Assembly (NCBI RefSeq): GCF_028641065.1
Contig: NC_073387.1
Location: forward strand, 22,692,001-22,756,000
DNA from: Leucoraja erinacea
Taxonomy: Eukaryota
Direction: 5' to 3'
Length of the DNA: 64,000 nt
Numbering within the stretch: the stretch's first letter is position 1; the number at the start of each line of letters is the position of its first letter. Made by a program: the position numbers and the translations under genes. This document shows, in pieces, positions 48,579 through 60,747 of the stretch. The notes under the pieces were generated by a model that was given only the letters and a program-made list of their open reading frames with translations, searched no databases and was not told where the DNA came from.

Positions 48579-51500
48579 TTAGCTATCCTACATCACGCCG
48601 ACTGATCGCCAAGTTTGGAAAGAAAGTCAAAGCATCGTCCAGATTCACTGAAGTGACAGCTTCTCCCTACTACAACACGATATTCTACACTCTGTATCTT
48701 CCCCATTGTAAATAAAAGACACAATGTGCTGGGGTAACTCAGCGGTTCAGGCAGCATCACTGGATAGGTGATGTCACCCATCCATGTTCTCCAGAGATGC
48801 TGCTTAACCTCCTGAGTTACTCCAGCACTTTATCTCTTTTTTTGTAAACAGCATCTGCAGTTCTGTGTGTCTATTGTATTTCAGTTTGACTTGATTGTAT
48901 ATTATCTGATTTATTTGATGGCCTGTGACAATAATAAACCTAAACCTAACATCCCTTACATTGTCCGTTTGAGACCACATTAAACAACTGCACGGAGCAG
49001 TAGTGGAGGACACCAGCAACATCACCTGGCCAGGCCGATCTGACCCAGCCACTGTGACCCAGTGCCACCACCAGGACAACGGGCCTTTTAAGTTGAGGCA
49101 CGAAGAAAGAAGAATCAAGGAACTGCAGATGCTGGTTTACAAGACACAAGGTGCGGGAGTAACTCAACAGGTCAGGCAGCATCTCTGGAGGACACGGATT
49201 GGTGACGGTTGGGACCCATCTTCAGACCGATTGTGGTGAGCGAATGTTTCAGGTCGGGGTCCGATATTTTTAAGAACTTGAAATTTGAAGGATACACAAA
49301 TGGAAACAAAGTGCTGGAGTAACTCAGTGGGTCAGGCAGCATCTCTGGAGAGCATGGATAGATGACGTTTCAGGTCGGGACCCAACTTGCGCCAGAAACG
49401 TGGCAACTCTAGCGTATTGGCAGTGTAATCTACTGTCTCACACTACAATCACGGCACTTTTGCACTTATGTATGATTGTACTTTAGAGTATAGAGTTATT
49501 TTACTGGGTTACAAAACAAAGAACTTCACTGCATCTAGGTACATGTGACAATAAAGTATCATCAAGGACCCCTCACACCCCAACCATGGACTGTTTGCCC
49601 TCCTCCCATCAGGGAGGCGGTACAGGAGCCTCAGGTCACGTACTAGTAGGATGAGGAAAAGCTTCTACAACAACACAATCACACTACTGAACTCGGAGTC
49701 CCGACGATAGATTTCTCTGGTCCCTCCGTCCCCTTTGTTTAATCATTCTGTATTTCCTGATTATTCTGTATCTTCCCTATTTCTATTTTTTTTGTTTTTT
49801 CTTTATGTACAACTACTACGGACTGACGCAAAACTGCATTTCGTTGTACTGATACTTGTATTTGTGCGATGACATTAAAGTTGAATTGAATTGAATTAAA
49901 CTATCATGATACTTACTAATCTAAAGAAATCTAAAGAAATACACTCAAACTCTGAAGAAGGGTTTCGGCCGAAACGTTGCCTATTTCCTTCGCTCCATAG
50001 ATGCTGCTGTACCCGCTGAGTTTCTCCAGCTTTTTTGTGTACACTCAAACTAGAGTCTGATGGCTGGAGGTCTGCAGCAGTCTGGGGCTTTCGTGGATCA
50101 GGCACTGCTCATAAGACCAAGAGCATGGACTGGACTTTGAGAATGGCACCAAAACTGGCCCCTCTCAGTGGACTATTTCTGTACTTTGCTGATCGAGGAT
50201 TGTGTTTAGATATGGCAATACTTTATTAAACTGTGTAAGAAAATAATTTCACTGTGCATCTGCACGTGACAATAAAAGCTCCATTGAATTGGGCCACCCT
50301 GTTAAAAATAAATTCCCATGTAATATATACGTTTTATCCAAAGATGGGAGGGTGATGGTGCGGGAGAGAGATAATGAAGCGATGCATTCACCCAACACAT
50401 AAATCTTCCATCACAATCCACATTCTAAACTTCACAACTGTCTTTACTTTAGAATTTAGAGTTACAGCACGGAAACTGGCCCTTCAGCCCCCTGAGCCCA
50501 CACTGACCAGCAATCACCCCATACACTAGTTCCATCCAATACACTAGGGATGATTTATAGAAGCCAATTAACCTACAAACCTGTACGTCTTTGGAATGCG
50601 GGAAGAAACCGGGATACCCGAAAAAACCCACGCGGTCACAGGGAGAACGTACAAACTCCGTAAAAACAGCACCCATGGTCTGGATCGAACCTGGATCTCC
50701 GGTGTTGAGAGGCAGCATCTCTACCACTGCAACTCCACCTTATGTCTTACAGGGGAGTGTGTCAGTTCATGAATCAGAAATTACACCGGACCAGCCTTTG
50801 GAAACCGATTCATAAAATATCTTTACTTCAGAACGTAAAGCATTATGTGTACATAGTGCTTGCAGCAGACTGCAGATCCAGAATGATACATCTCGAAGCA
50901 ATACATCCACTGTCTGATGCATTCCCTTTCAAGTACGTTTCCAAAGTTGTGGCCGACAGCCTTAAAGCAAACTCCAAATGCTGGGAAGCTCCCACCAACG
51001 GTGACAGCGACTAAAAAGGTAGAACCCCTTTCACTTGTCATGGAAATTACAAACTTAACATGTCCACTTGATACACTGCAGCTGAGACCAGAATTCAGAT
51101 TTATGGAGGGATATGGATCACTTGCAGGCATAAGAGATTGGTTTAATTTGGCATCATGTTCGGCAGAGATATTGAAGGCCGAAGGGCATGTTCCTGCACT
51201 GTCATGTTTTGTTCGAACCAGAGCTTGTTTTTAAACTTTAGTTTAGTTTATCACGTGTACGGAAGGACAGTGAAAAGCTTTTGTAGCGTGCTATCCAGTC
51301 AGCAGAAAAATTATACATGATTATAATCGAGCCAACCACATTGTAGATACAGGATAAAGGGAATGTTTAGTGCAAGATATCGTCCAGTAAAGTCCAATTA
51401 AAGATAGTCGGAGGGTCTCCAATGAGGTAGATGGGAGGTCAGGACCGCTCTCGAGTTGGTGATAGGATGGGTCAGTTGCCGAATAAAAGCTGGGAAGAAA

Positions 51501-54500
51501 CAGTCCTATATTCTGGAGGTGTGCGTTTTCACACTTCTGTACCTTTTCCCTGATAAGATGGCGTGACCGGGGAGAGAGAGATTGGTCCTTGACTGCCTTA
51601 CCGACAATGGAAGGGAGGTTGATTTGCGTGATGGTCTGGGACAAAAAGGTGTTGGTACACATATCGTCCTATAAGCTGCTCCCCAGCTGTCACCAGGCAA
51701 CTGAACTATCCTATGACCAATAAGGGAGCGGTCCCAGCGGATTTGTTCCTATAGCCGATTTCCGCGGACGTCTTTGGTGCTGCTATCTCAGGGACCCCCC
51801 CCCCAGGCCATGACCTCTGTTGGTCCCGCAAAGCATATAATACAGCAAGGCTCTGGAACCAAGATTGTCGGAAAATTGAATATGTGGACACTGCCCGACT
51901 TAACGCAATAGGCCATTTACATAAACAATTCTGTGCTGTCCCTAGTGCAACCAAGGCAGTTTGTAATCGCCACAACACTACGATCACAGGTTTAAATTGG
52001 AATCATGCTGGCAATGGCAGCGTGCTTACCCAGAAGGCTGCACATCGCAGAAAGTGCCCTGTAAGCAGCCAGATGCCGCCGAGACAGTTAATACTCAGTG
52101 AATTATTTCGGACGGGGTGGGACAGTGATTCCGACTTACGTAAAATCTGATTCATGTAAGGGTTCACGGAGCATTTAGTTTTGAGATAAAGTGGGAGATA
52201 GGGCATTCGGCCCATTGAGTTCGTGCCAACCAGCGATCACCCCATACACTAGCACTATCCTACACACTATCCTACTTACAATTTTACCAAATCCAAGTAA
52301 CCTACAAACGTGCACGTCTTTGGTGTGGAAGGAAACCTGAGGGTCCGGAAAAAAAACATGTTGTCACAGGGAGAACATACAAACGATGTACTGACAGCAC
52401 CCATAGTCAGGATCGAACCCAGGTCTCTGGCACTGTGAGGCAGCAACTCTACCACTAGTGCAATCCGTACACAAGTCGGGGAATGCCTGTATACAAAATG
52501 TACTCTCCATATTTAATGATTAATACAAGGCAACAGCGTTGGCATACATTTGAAAGATATTACATTACTGATGAAGATACATGATGGGATAAGGAATTTT
52601 AAGCAAGTTCATTCATAACAGTATGTAAACAGAGTTCCCTCCAGCCACACATTGACAGCAATGGTGGCGTGTGTCTAGGGTGTGGTCACTATAACTCAGC
52701 AAGAGCTAGGTTACACATCCACCCCAAACACAAATTACTGGAAGTGTACAACTTATTCAGCACCTTAAATAAAGCTTTGGTTTCTTGTCAGTTTTCCATA
52801 TACCGACAAGGTTTACAAATGAAGGCAGACCCGCAGAGAGATTGTGAGATAGATTGTCAGGGGTAATATCAGTGGGGAAGGCTCCCGAGAAACAGCGCGG
52901 AGTCGAGCGAAGAAAGACACAATGGGCTTCCCGCGGCCACGTAAGGCAGCGGGCCTAATGAGAATATCCTGGTTATGAAATAATTGAAGTGTAAAATATT
53001 TTATTCAGTAAAAGATTAGCTTGACCTTTTTGGGTTCTAAATAAACTGAAGTTTTATAATTCTGTAGTATACTAGAAAAGCTGTGGGAATCAAGAAGTTA
53101 GATGTCTGCCCTTCTGATAGTGCTACTTGTTATGCCCAAGCAAAAGACCATTAAGAATAGTGGGAGAGGATGTGTTTCCTGGGGACTTGGAAATTTCTGT
53201 AAACAGAAACTTCTGTGCGTAATCGATAAAGATCTTTACATTGTTTAAGAAGGTACTGCAGATGATAGACTAAGTTCCTGTTGTTTAGGGGTTTTTGAAC
53301 TAAAGTTTCTGATTGATATAACCATAGATCAAATATTGTGTCAGTGACAAGTACACGTTGAATGGGTACAGCCTGTGATTGATTTGTGTTAAACGACATT
53401 TCCAAAATGCTATAAAAGATGCTTGGCCCTTGTGGCTAAGGGGATCAGGGGGTATGGAGAGAAGGCAGGTACGGGATACTGAGTTGGATGATCAGCCATG
53501 ATCATATTGAATGGCGGTGCAGGCTCGAAGGGCCGAATGGCCTACTCCTGCACCTAATTTCTATGTTTCTATGCTGTATGTCTTTGTTCATTAGAGTGGT
53601 GGCTCAGGGAGAGTTAAGTGTCTGTTGCATACTTGGCTCTGTATCCCTGACACTCTCGCCGGCTGATGATCAATAAAGTTTGTGTTGGTTTACCTAACCT
53701 ATTGTGGGTTGGCTGTCTTTAAGAAATGAACCTTAACACTGGCTCTCCGCCGCGGAGGAGGACCTGGTGGGCCGCAGCCTCCGGGGGGGGGGTTTGGAAG
53801 CCGTCGAGCTCGGCCCTGAAGACTGGAGAGCCATGGTGGGACCGGCTGGTGACGACGGACGCGAGGAGTGGGCCGGTAGGAGAGGGACCGGGGTATTGCC
53901 TCAAGCGCCTGCAAGGTCAGCTGCAGGAAGCGCCCCGGGACACAAAGGTGATCGGGCGAGGAGAGCTTCATCAGTTTGCGGGCCTGGGGCTTATCTGAAT
54001 CAGGAGTCGCTCCAGTACATCGAGTGCGTGGACTGGACTGGACGTTTGAATTTTGTAAATGGCACCTAAATTATGGCTACTTGTGCATCTGTGAGCAATG
54101 TACAAAGAATTTCACTGTGCAGTGCACACTTGACAATTAAGCACCATTGAACCAAACCATTGTACCCAGCCTGAGAAAGGGATTGATCTTTATAGGCAGA
54201 CTTGATGGTCAACGGACTGATCGATGATAACTGGACACAGTGGTGCCAGTCTCTTTAAGCAAGTTCCTCTTGAGACCAACCCCATAGTTGGAAACTATGG
54301 ACTATCAGAACAGAAGTTAGAGTGTCAACATGTCATTTTTAGTCTTCGGAGAATAAGATAATTCTGTCCACCGAGTCCGCGCCGACCAGCGATCACCCCA
54401 CACACTAGCACTATCCTACAGACCAGGGACAATTTACAATTTTGTACAGAAACCAATTAGCCTACAAACCTGTGTAGGAGGAAACCCGAGCACCTGGAGA

Positions 54501-55565
54501 AAACCCACGCGGTCACAGGGAGAACGTACAAACTCCATACAGGCGGGCACCTGAGTTAAGGATTGAACCCGGGTCTCTGGCACTATGCCACCCCGAAAGC
54601 TAGACTCCATCTGGTGGAAGTTTAGAAAATCTAACACCAAAGAATTTTTTTAAAAAGCCACAAAATCTGGTAAAAGAATGAGTGGAATGTTTTCCATTGG
54701 TCACATACACTAACCACAAAGTTACAGCATGGATGTAGTACCTTGTACCCAAAGTTCAGCAGCACTAAATTCAGGAGAAGGATTTGTTAAAGATAGAACA
54801 AGGTGGTCTTGCTAATTTATCGGGTGTTTAGTGGGGCCAGATGAAAACAAACTCAAACCCATATATTCTTGGAAGTGAATATTTTTGAGGAAGTGAGGAA
54901 GTGAATATTTTTGATTGAAAGATACAACGTGGAAATAGGCCCTCCGGCCAACCAAGTCCACGCTGACCAGCAATCTCCCATACACTAATTCTATTTTACA
55001 CACTAGGGACAATTAACAGAAGCCAATTGACCTACAAACCTGCAGGCCTTTGGAATGTGGGAGATAACAGGAGCACCCAGAGAAAACCAACGCAATCACA
55101 GGGAGAACATGCAACATCCATGTATACAGGACCCGAGGTCGGCATCAGGATCAAACATGGGTCTCTGGTGATTGACCCATGTTCAATCCTGACTACGGGT
55201 GCTGTCTGTATGGATTTTGTACATTCTCCCTGCGACATCATGGGTTTTCTCTGGGTGCTCCGGTTTCCTCCCACAATGTGCGGGTATGTAGGTTAATCGG
55301 TTTTGGTACAATTGTAAATTGTCCCCAGGGTGTAGGATAATGCTAGTGTACAGATGATCGGTGGTCGGTGCGGACACGGTGGGCCGAAGGGCCTGTTTCC
55401 GTGACGTAGCTCTAAAGTATAAAGACCACGCACAGCACTCGAGGTCGGGATCTGGATCAAACCCGTGTCTCTGGCGCGGGAGCCACTGTGTTTCGGACGA
55501 AGAAAGAGTGTGTTCGATGTCGGGTCACGAGTGTTCGAGGTGGCGGTCCTGCCGCTCTCCCGGGG

Positions 55566-56534
55566 CTATCGAACGTGGTAGTAGAGGTGGATGGCGAAGC
55601 AGATGAGACAGGCGGCCAGGAAGAACAAGGGGGTGAGACGCAGGTGGAAGAGGAGGACGGAGAGGCCGGCGTTGACCAGCATGGAGCAGGAGATGATGAA
55701 GAGCCTAGTGATGCTGCTGTCGTGCTTCATGATGGCGGACATGAGCAGTCCGTTCAAGGCCTGGGAGGCGATGATCACACCGACCACAGGCGAGAAGCCC
55801 TGGAAGAAGCCGGCGGTGGGAGGGCCGGCCAGGTATGCCACTAAGTTGGCAATCGCCCCGAAGCTGTAGAGGAAGAGGTTCTGGAGGCTGAGGGGGAAAG
55901 GCTGGGACTTCAGAGCGTGTTCGGTGAGGGTGGCGGCGAGGCCGGAGACGGAACAGTACAGAGCGATGGCAGCCGTGCCCAGCGGCGTGATGAACAGCCT
56001 CACGGGCTCCTCGGGCCCGCCTCGTGCCTGGTTCACCGCGCCAACGTGGCAGGCCCCCGACACCACCAGCAGTGCCAGGGCAGCCCAGCGTCGGGCAGAC
56101 AGGGGCTGGCGGAGCAGCAGGCAGCGGGCGACGGCCGTGGCCATGATCTTCAGGTTGCCCAGCACCTGGAAGGTGACAGGATCCATCGAGCCCTGCATGT
56201 GAACCGCCAGGTTGTTGTTGAGGGCGTAGAGGGCGGCCGGGAGAGCAAAGGGGAGCACAGCGGAGAGCGGCGGGGCGGAGGGGGGCAGCGAGGTCCAGTC
56301 GCGCCCCAGCAGCAGCGCGGCAGACGCACCCAGTTTGGTCAGCTCGGTCGCCAGCACCACGGAGGAGGTGGCGAAGGGCAGCTCTCCATCCACACGGCAC
56401 AGCCCCAACAGCGGCGCGTGGGAGCCGTAGGCAAACACCGAGAGTAGCATTAGCAGCCCCCACCGCAGTCTCTCCCTCATCCGCACCCTCGCTGCCAAAA
56501 CACCAGGAGATCCTCCCTCTTCCTGCAACAACAT
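55566..56534 (-). CDS. SLC35A4: SLC35A4 probable nucleotide-sugar transporter, intronless ORF, 322 aa
   Basis: ATG at 56534; YGSHAPLLGLCRVDG, PFALPAALYALNNNL, MDPVTFQVLGNLKI, LQNLFLYSFG, ALNGLLMSAIMKH match SLC35A4; many hydrophobic segments. Confidence 0.96.
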   Translation of the reverse strand: MLLQEEGGSPGVLAARVRMRERLRWGLLMLLSVFAYGSHAPLLGLCRVDGELPFATSSVVLATELTKLGASAALLLGRDWTSLPPSAPPLSAVLPFALPAALYALNNNLAVHMQGSMDPVTFQVLGNLKIMATAVARCLLLRQPLSARRWAALALLVVSGACHVGAVNQARGGPEEPVRLFITPLGTAAIALYCSVSGLAATLTEHALKSQPFPLSLQNLFLYSFGAIANLVAYLAGPPTAGFFQGFSPVVGVIIASQALNGLLMSAIMKHDSSITRLFIISCSMLVNAGLSVLLFHLRLTPLFFLAACLICFAIHLYYHVR

Positions 56535-57511
56535 CCCCCCCGTCCGAAGATTCACTCAATCTCTCCCCTACCCCCCACCTGAAGATTCACTCAATCAATC
56601 TCTCTTTAGACGTTCGAGATACAGGCACTTCAGCACACATTGACCAGCGATCACCCCATACACTAGCACTATCCTACACACTAGGGACAATTTACAATTT
56701 TTAACTAGAGCTAATTAACCAACAAAGCTGTATGTCTTTTGTAGTATGGGAGGAAACCAGTGCACCCAGAATAAAACAAAGTTGTGACAGGAAGAACGTA
56801 CAAACTCTGTGTAGACAGCACCCGAGGTCAGGATTGAACCCAGGTTTCTGTCACTGTAAGTCAGCAAATCTACCTCTGCACCACCATACCTCCCATCTCC
56901 CCGATGACTCTTAATCAATCTCAACCCTCTCCCCCGAAGGTTAGCTAAATTAGCTCAAAGGCAACCAGTGATTCAGTGATTACAGTGCGGAAACAGGCCC
57001 TTCGGCCCGGCAACTGTCGATCCCCTGTTCACTCTAGTCGATCTTGTCTCACTTTCTCAAAGGGGGCAATTTACGGAGGGACAATTAACCTGCAAACCCG
57101 TACGGGCACGTTTTGTGATGCAGGAGGAAATCGGAGCACTGGAGGAAACCCACACGGTCACAGGGAGAACATGCAAACTCCCCACACAACGAGAGCACCC
57201 GACATTAGGATTGATCTCTGGTGTGTGTGAGGCAACAGCTCTACCTGCTGCACCACTGATATCCAAGCAGCTGAGGAGGCTATAAAAAACCAAGGAGCTT
57301 GAAGGCACCCCGCTGATCAGATTCAGCAGAAGACTCAAGTGCAATCCAGCCAAGCGTCAAGTCCCAAATTTTTCCCAGACTCTGTGTCGTTGCCTCTTCC
57401 TCTTCCCTGACGTATGTTGGGGTCCTGCGGGGTTAGAAGGGGTGGGGGGGGGGGGGGGGGGTTGTTAAAGCAGCAACCGGTTTCTGAGCTGTAGCGTGTG
57501 GCAGGCGATCC

Positions 57512-57709
57512 TTATTTGGGCCCTTTCTTCAGAGAGCTGAGATAGTCTTTGATGGTGTTTTCTACGTTGGGAACGTTGTAGTTCTGGGCGGCGTAGATGC
57601 CAGTGGCAGTGCCCACTAGCACGCCGAGCACGGCTGATGACCGCAGTTTGGCCACCACGTAGCCCGCGAGGAAGCCCTTCAGGAACGGCGAGGCCAGCAA
57701 GGAGCCACC
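57512..57709 (-). CDS. Microprotein exon 3 coding part
   Basis: ttgcag acceptor, 65 codons + TAA, glycine-rich hydrophobic segment. Confidence 0.95.
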   Translation of the reverse strand, partial: GGSLLASPFLKGFLAGYVVAKLRSSAVLGVLVGTATGIYAAQNYNVPNVENTIKDYLSSLKKGPK

Positions 57710-60023
57710 CTGCAACAGAAGAAGAAACTCAGTCAGGTCCCGTCTCAGTCAGGTCGAGCTACCGTCTCACAACATAGACCCAGGTTCAATCCTGACATAG
57801 GGAACTGTCATTGTGGAGTTTGTACGTTCACATAGTCATACAGTGTGGAAACAGGCCTTTCGGCCCAACTTGCCCATGCCGACCAACATGCACAATCTCT
57901 ACTAGTCCCACCTGCACACATTTGCCCCATATCCCTCTCAACCTACCCTATCCATGTAAATGTTTCTCCCTGTGACAGAGTGGATTCTCTCCGGATGCTC
58001 CAGTTTCCTTCCACACTCCATACACATGTGGGATTGTGGGTACATTGGCCCTCTGTAAATTATTCCTTGTGTGTAGGATTGTACTAGTGTACAGGTGATT
58101 GATAGTCGGCGTGGGATCAGTGGGCCGAAGGGGCCTGTTTCAACGCTGTATCTCCAAATTAAATTGAGAGATACATCATGGAAACAGGCCCTTTGGCCCA
58201 CTGAGTCCAAGCCAACCATCGATCACCCGTTCACAATAGTTCTATGTTATCCTACTTTCTCATCCACTCCCTACACACTAGGGACTATTTACAGAAGCCA
58301 ATTAACGTACAAACCTGCTTGTCTTTGGAATGTGGGAGAAAACCAGAGCACCTGGAGAAAACCCACGTGGTCACATGAATGTACAGACTCTGTACAGATA
58401 CACAGGATCAAACCCAGGTCTCGGGCACTGCAAGGCAGCAACAGCGCCATTGTGCCACCCCAAATCATCTAGTGATTGCCCCTCACCAGCCCCTCCAAGT
58501 GCCGATGAAATCAAGAGAGTATTTAATCGTCATATTTACAGGTCCACCACCGATTTTCAGGCACCCTTGGTTCCAGATCCTTTCTGGATTATCTGTTTTG
58601 ATGGACCAACAGAGGTCACGGCCTTCGGGGGGAACCAAGATCGGCCTTGGAAGTCAGTTAAGGGGACTGATCTGCCGGCTCCAGTTGGGCTGGAGTTCCA
58701 GAGCCTTGGCCACAGGGGGCAAATTCGATCCACCAATCGGTGCGCAAATCTCAATGAGGTTGGGATTGGCCGCCTTACCCAGCCAAGGCATCACATTTTC
58801 ACGGGGACCTCCAGGGGGGATTTCAAGAGTGTTCCCATAATTTTGCCGGGATTAAAGAAGGAGCTGGACCACCAGTTGCCGGGAAATCGGTGGTGGACCT
58901 GTACCCGCTGTGTCGTCCTCTAAACCGTGCTGTGATTCATTCGGTACTCACATTGGGCAATCCCATTTGCACTTCCTCCTCCACCTTCCTCTGGATGCTC
59001 TCTAGTTGCCCCTTCAGGTGTGCGAGGTCCTTCAGCTTACCGAGTGTGTCCTGGGGTAACAGCCAGCAAGACGAACTAAGAAATAAACTTACCACAGGAA
59101 AACAGCACATGCAGATCCATTGCACTTGGGCTACGATTGCACAAATATTTTGTTGGATTGTCAACACAATGGCCCAAATTTATGACCCAGAATAAGACAT
59201 TTTAGTTCAGTTTATTATTTCACATGTACCATGGTACAGTGAAAATAAGGTAGACACAAAATGCTGGAGTAACTCAGCAGGACAGGCAGCATCACTGAAA
59301 AGAACGGGTGACATTTCGTGTCGAGACCCTTCTTCAGACTGATGTCGGGGAGTGGGCTGGACAGAGGTAGAATGTAATCGGACACAATAAGACTGGTGGG
59401 GGGATTGGGAAGGGAGAGGGGATAGAGAGAGCAGGAAAGTAAGGGTTATTTGAAGTTAGAGAAGTCAATGTTCATACCACTGGGGTGTAAGCTACCCAAG
59501 AAACCCTTCTTCAGAAGTGAAATATGGTGATGTCCCGCCTACACCCTTGACATCGGTCTGAAGAAGTGTCTCGACCCGGAAACTTCATCCATTCCTTCTC
59601 TCCAGAGATGCTGCCTGTTCTGCTGAATTACTCCAGCATTTTGTGTCCACCTTCGATTTAAACCAGCATCTGCAGTTCTTTCCTACAGTGAAAATAATGT
59701 CGATGCGTGCTTTCCAGTCGGCGGAAAGACTATACATGATTTCAAGTGGGGCGTCCAGTGTACAGCTACAGTATTAAAGTGCAAGATAAAGTTCAGTAAA
59801 GTCCGATTAAAGATAGTCCGAGGATCTCCAATGAGGTAGATGGGAAGTCAGGACCACTCTGGGATTGTTCAGCTCCCTCTCTCATTCCCACCCATACCAC
59901 TCCCTCTCTCTATCCCCTCACTCTCTCTCCTTCCATTCCGTCTCTCTTTCCTTACTCTAGACCCTCTCTTTCTCTCCCCCTCCCTCACTCCTCTCCCCTG
60001 TCACCAACCTTGTCGTCCGCCAT
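57512..60023 (-). CDS. SLC35A4 upstream-ORF microprotein (SLC35A4-MP / AltSLC35A4), 103 aa, 3 exons
   Basis: Exons 60009-60023 (MADDK), 58952-59050 (DTLGKLKDLAHLKGQLESIQRKVEEEVQMGLPN), 57512-57709 (GGSLLASPFLKGFLAGYVVAKLRSSAVLG...KKGPK-stop); GT-AG, all phase 0; closely matches the recalled human uORF peptide. Confidence 0.95.
58539..58901. mobile_element. pogo/Tigger-like MITE
   Basis: TA|CAGGTCCACCACCGATT ... AATCGGTGGTGGACCTG|TA; related copies at ~38066-38380 and ~2947-3150. Confidence 0.8.
58952..59050 (-). CDS. Microprotein exon 2
   Basis: ccccag acceptor, GTGAGT donor, 33 codons. Confidence 0.94.
60009..60023 (-). CDS. Microprotein exon 1 (MADDK)
   Basis: AAG-ATG-GCG strong start context, GTTGGT donor. 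Confidence 0.9.
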
Positions 60024-60270
60024 CTTACCCGCGCCTGCGCGCTCGATCTCTCTGCCCCAAAGATCCTATCTAGCGGCGCATGCTCAGACTTCCCGTGGGC
60101 GCTGGAGGCCGCTGCGGGGAGACCTCCGGCCGCTAGAGGCCGCTGCGGGGAGACCTCCCAGCCGCTAGAGGCCGCTGCGGGGAGACCTCCCAGCCGCTAG
60201 AGGCCGCTGCGGGGAGACCTCCCGGCCGCTGCAGGGGAGACTTCCCGGCCGCTAGAGGCCGCTGCGGGGC
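60024..60270. promoter_or_regulatory. CpG-rich SLC35A4 promoter region
   Basis: CpG-dense sequence just upstream of the microprotein ATG, NRF1-like GCGCCTGCGC and GCGCATG motifs. Confidence 0.6.
60105..60270. repeat. ~32-bp GC-rich minisatellite, ~5 copies
   Basis: Unit GAGGCCGCTGCGGGGAGACCTCC(C)RGCCGCTA repeated in tandem. Confidence 0.9.
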
Positions 60271-60747
60271 AGTCAGATGTTGCAGGAAGGAACTGCAGAT
60301 GTTAGTTTAAAACTATAGATCATAGAGGAGATGCTCCTCTATAATCGTTGGTTTAAACCGAAGATACACACAAAAAGTTGGAGCAACTCAGCGGGAGAGG
60401 CAGCTTGTCTGGAGAGATGATATGGATGATGTTTCTGGTCACCCATTCCTTCTCTCTAGAGATGCTGCTTGTCCCGCTGAGTTACTCCAGCAATTCCTGC
60501 GGTTTGGATCGGGATCTGAAGCAAGCCAGGAAGTCGCAGAAGAACCCAGCAGGTCAGGCAGCATCTGTGGAAGGGAATGCAATGAACATGTGATGTTTCA
60601 GGCCAGGACCAAACTTCATATTGATGGAGAAGGTTGGAAATTTGGGCGGAGAAATTACAGATTTAAAAGAATCAAGAGTGTTTCATTGCCATATGTACCA
60701 AAACGGAACAATGAAATTCTTCGTATAGAAATGAAGAGGTGCAGATG

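Noticed and set aside
55488-56447. Antisense ORFs over SLC35A4
   Set aside because: Stop-poor reverse frames of GC-rich coding sequence; no recognisable protein
55705-56559. 284-aa alternative-frame ORF overlapping SLC35A4
   Set aside because: Non-ATG start and Ala/Gly/Pro/Arg-rich composition; expected shadow of a GC3-rich CDS
60105-60270. CRISPR-like array
   Set aside because: Tandem units without unique spacers, in eukaryotic DNA
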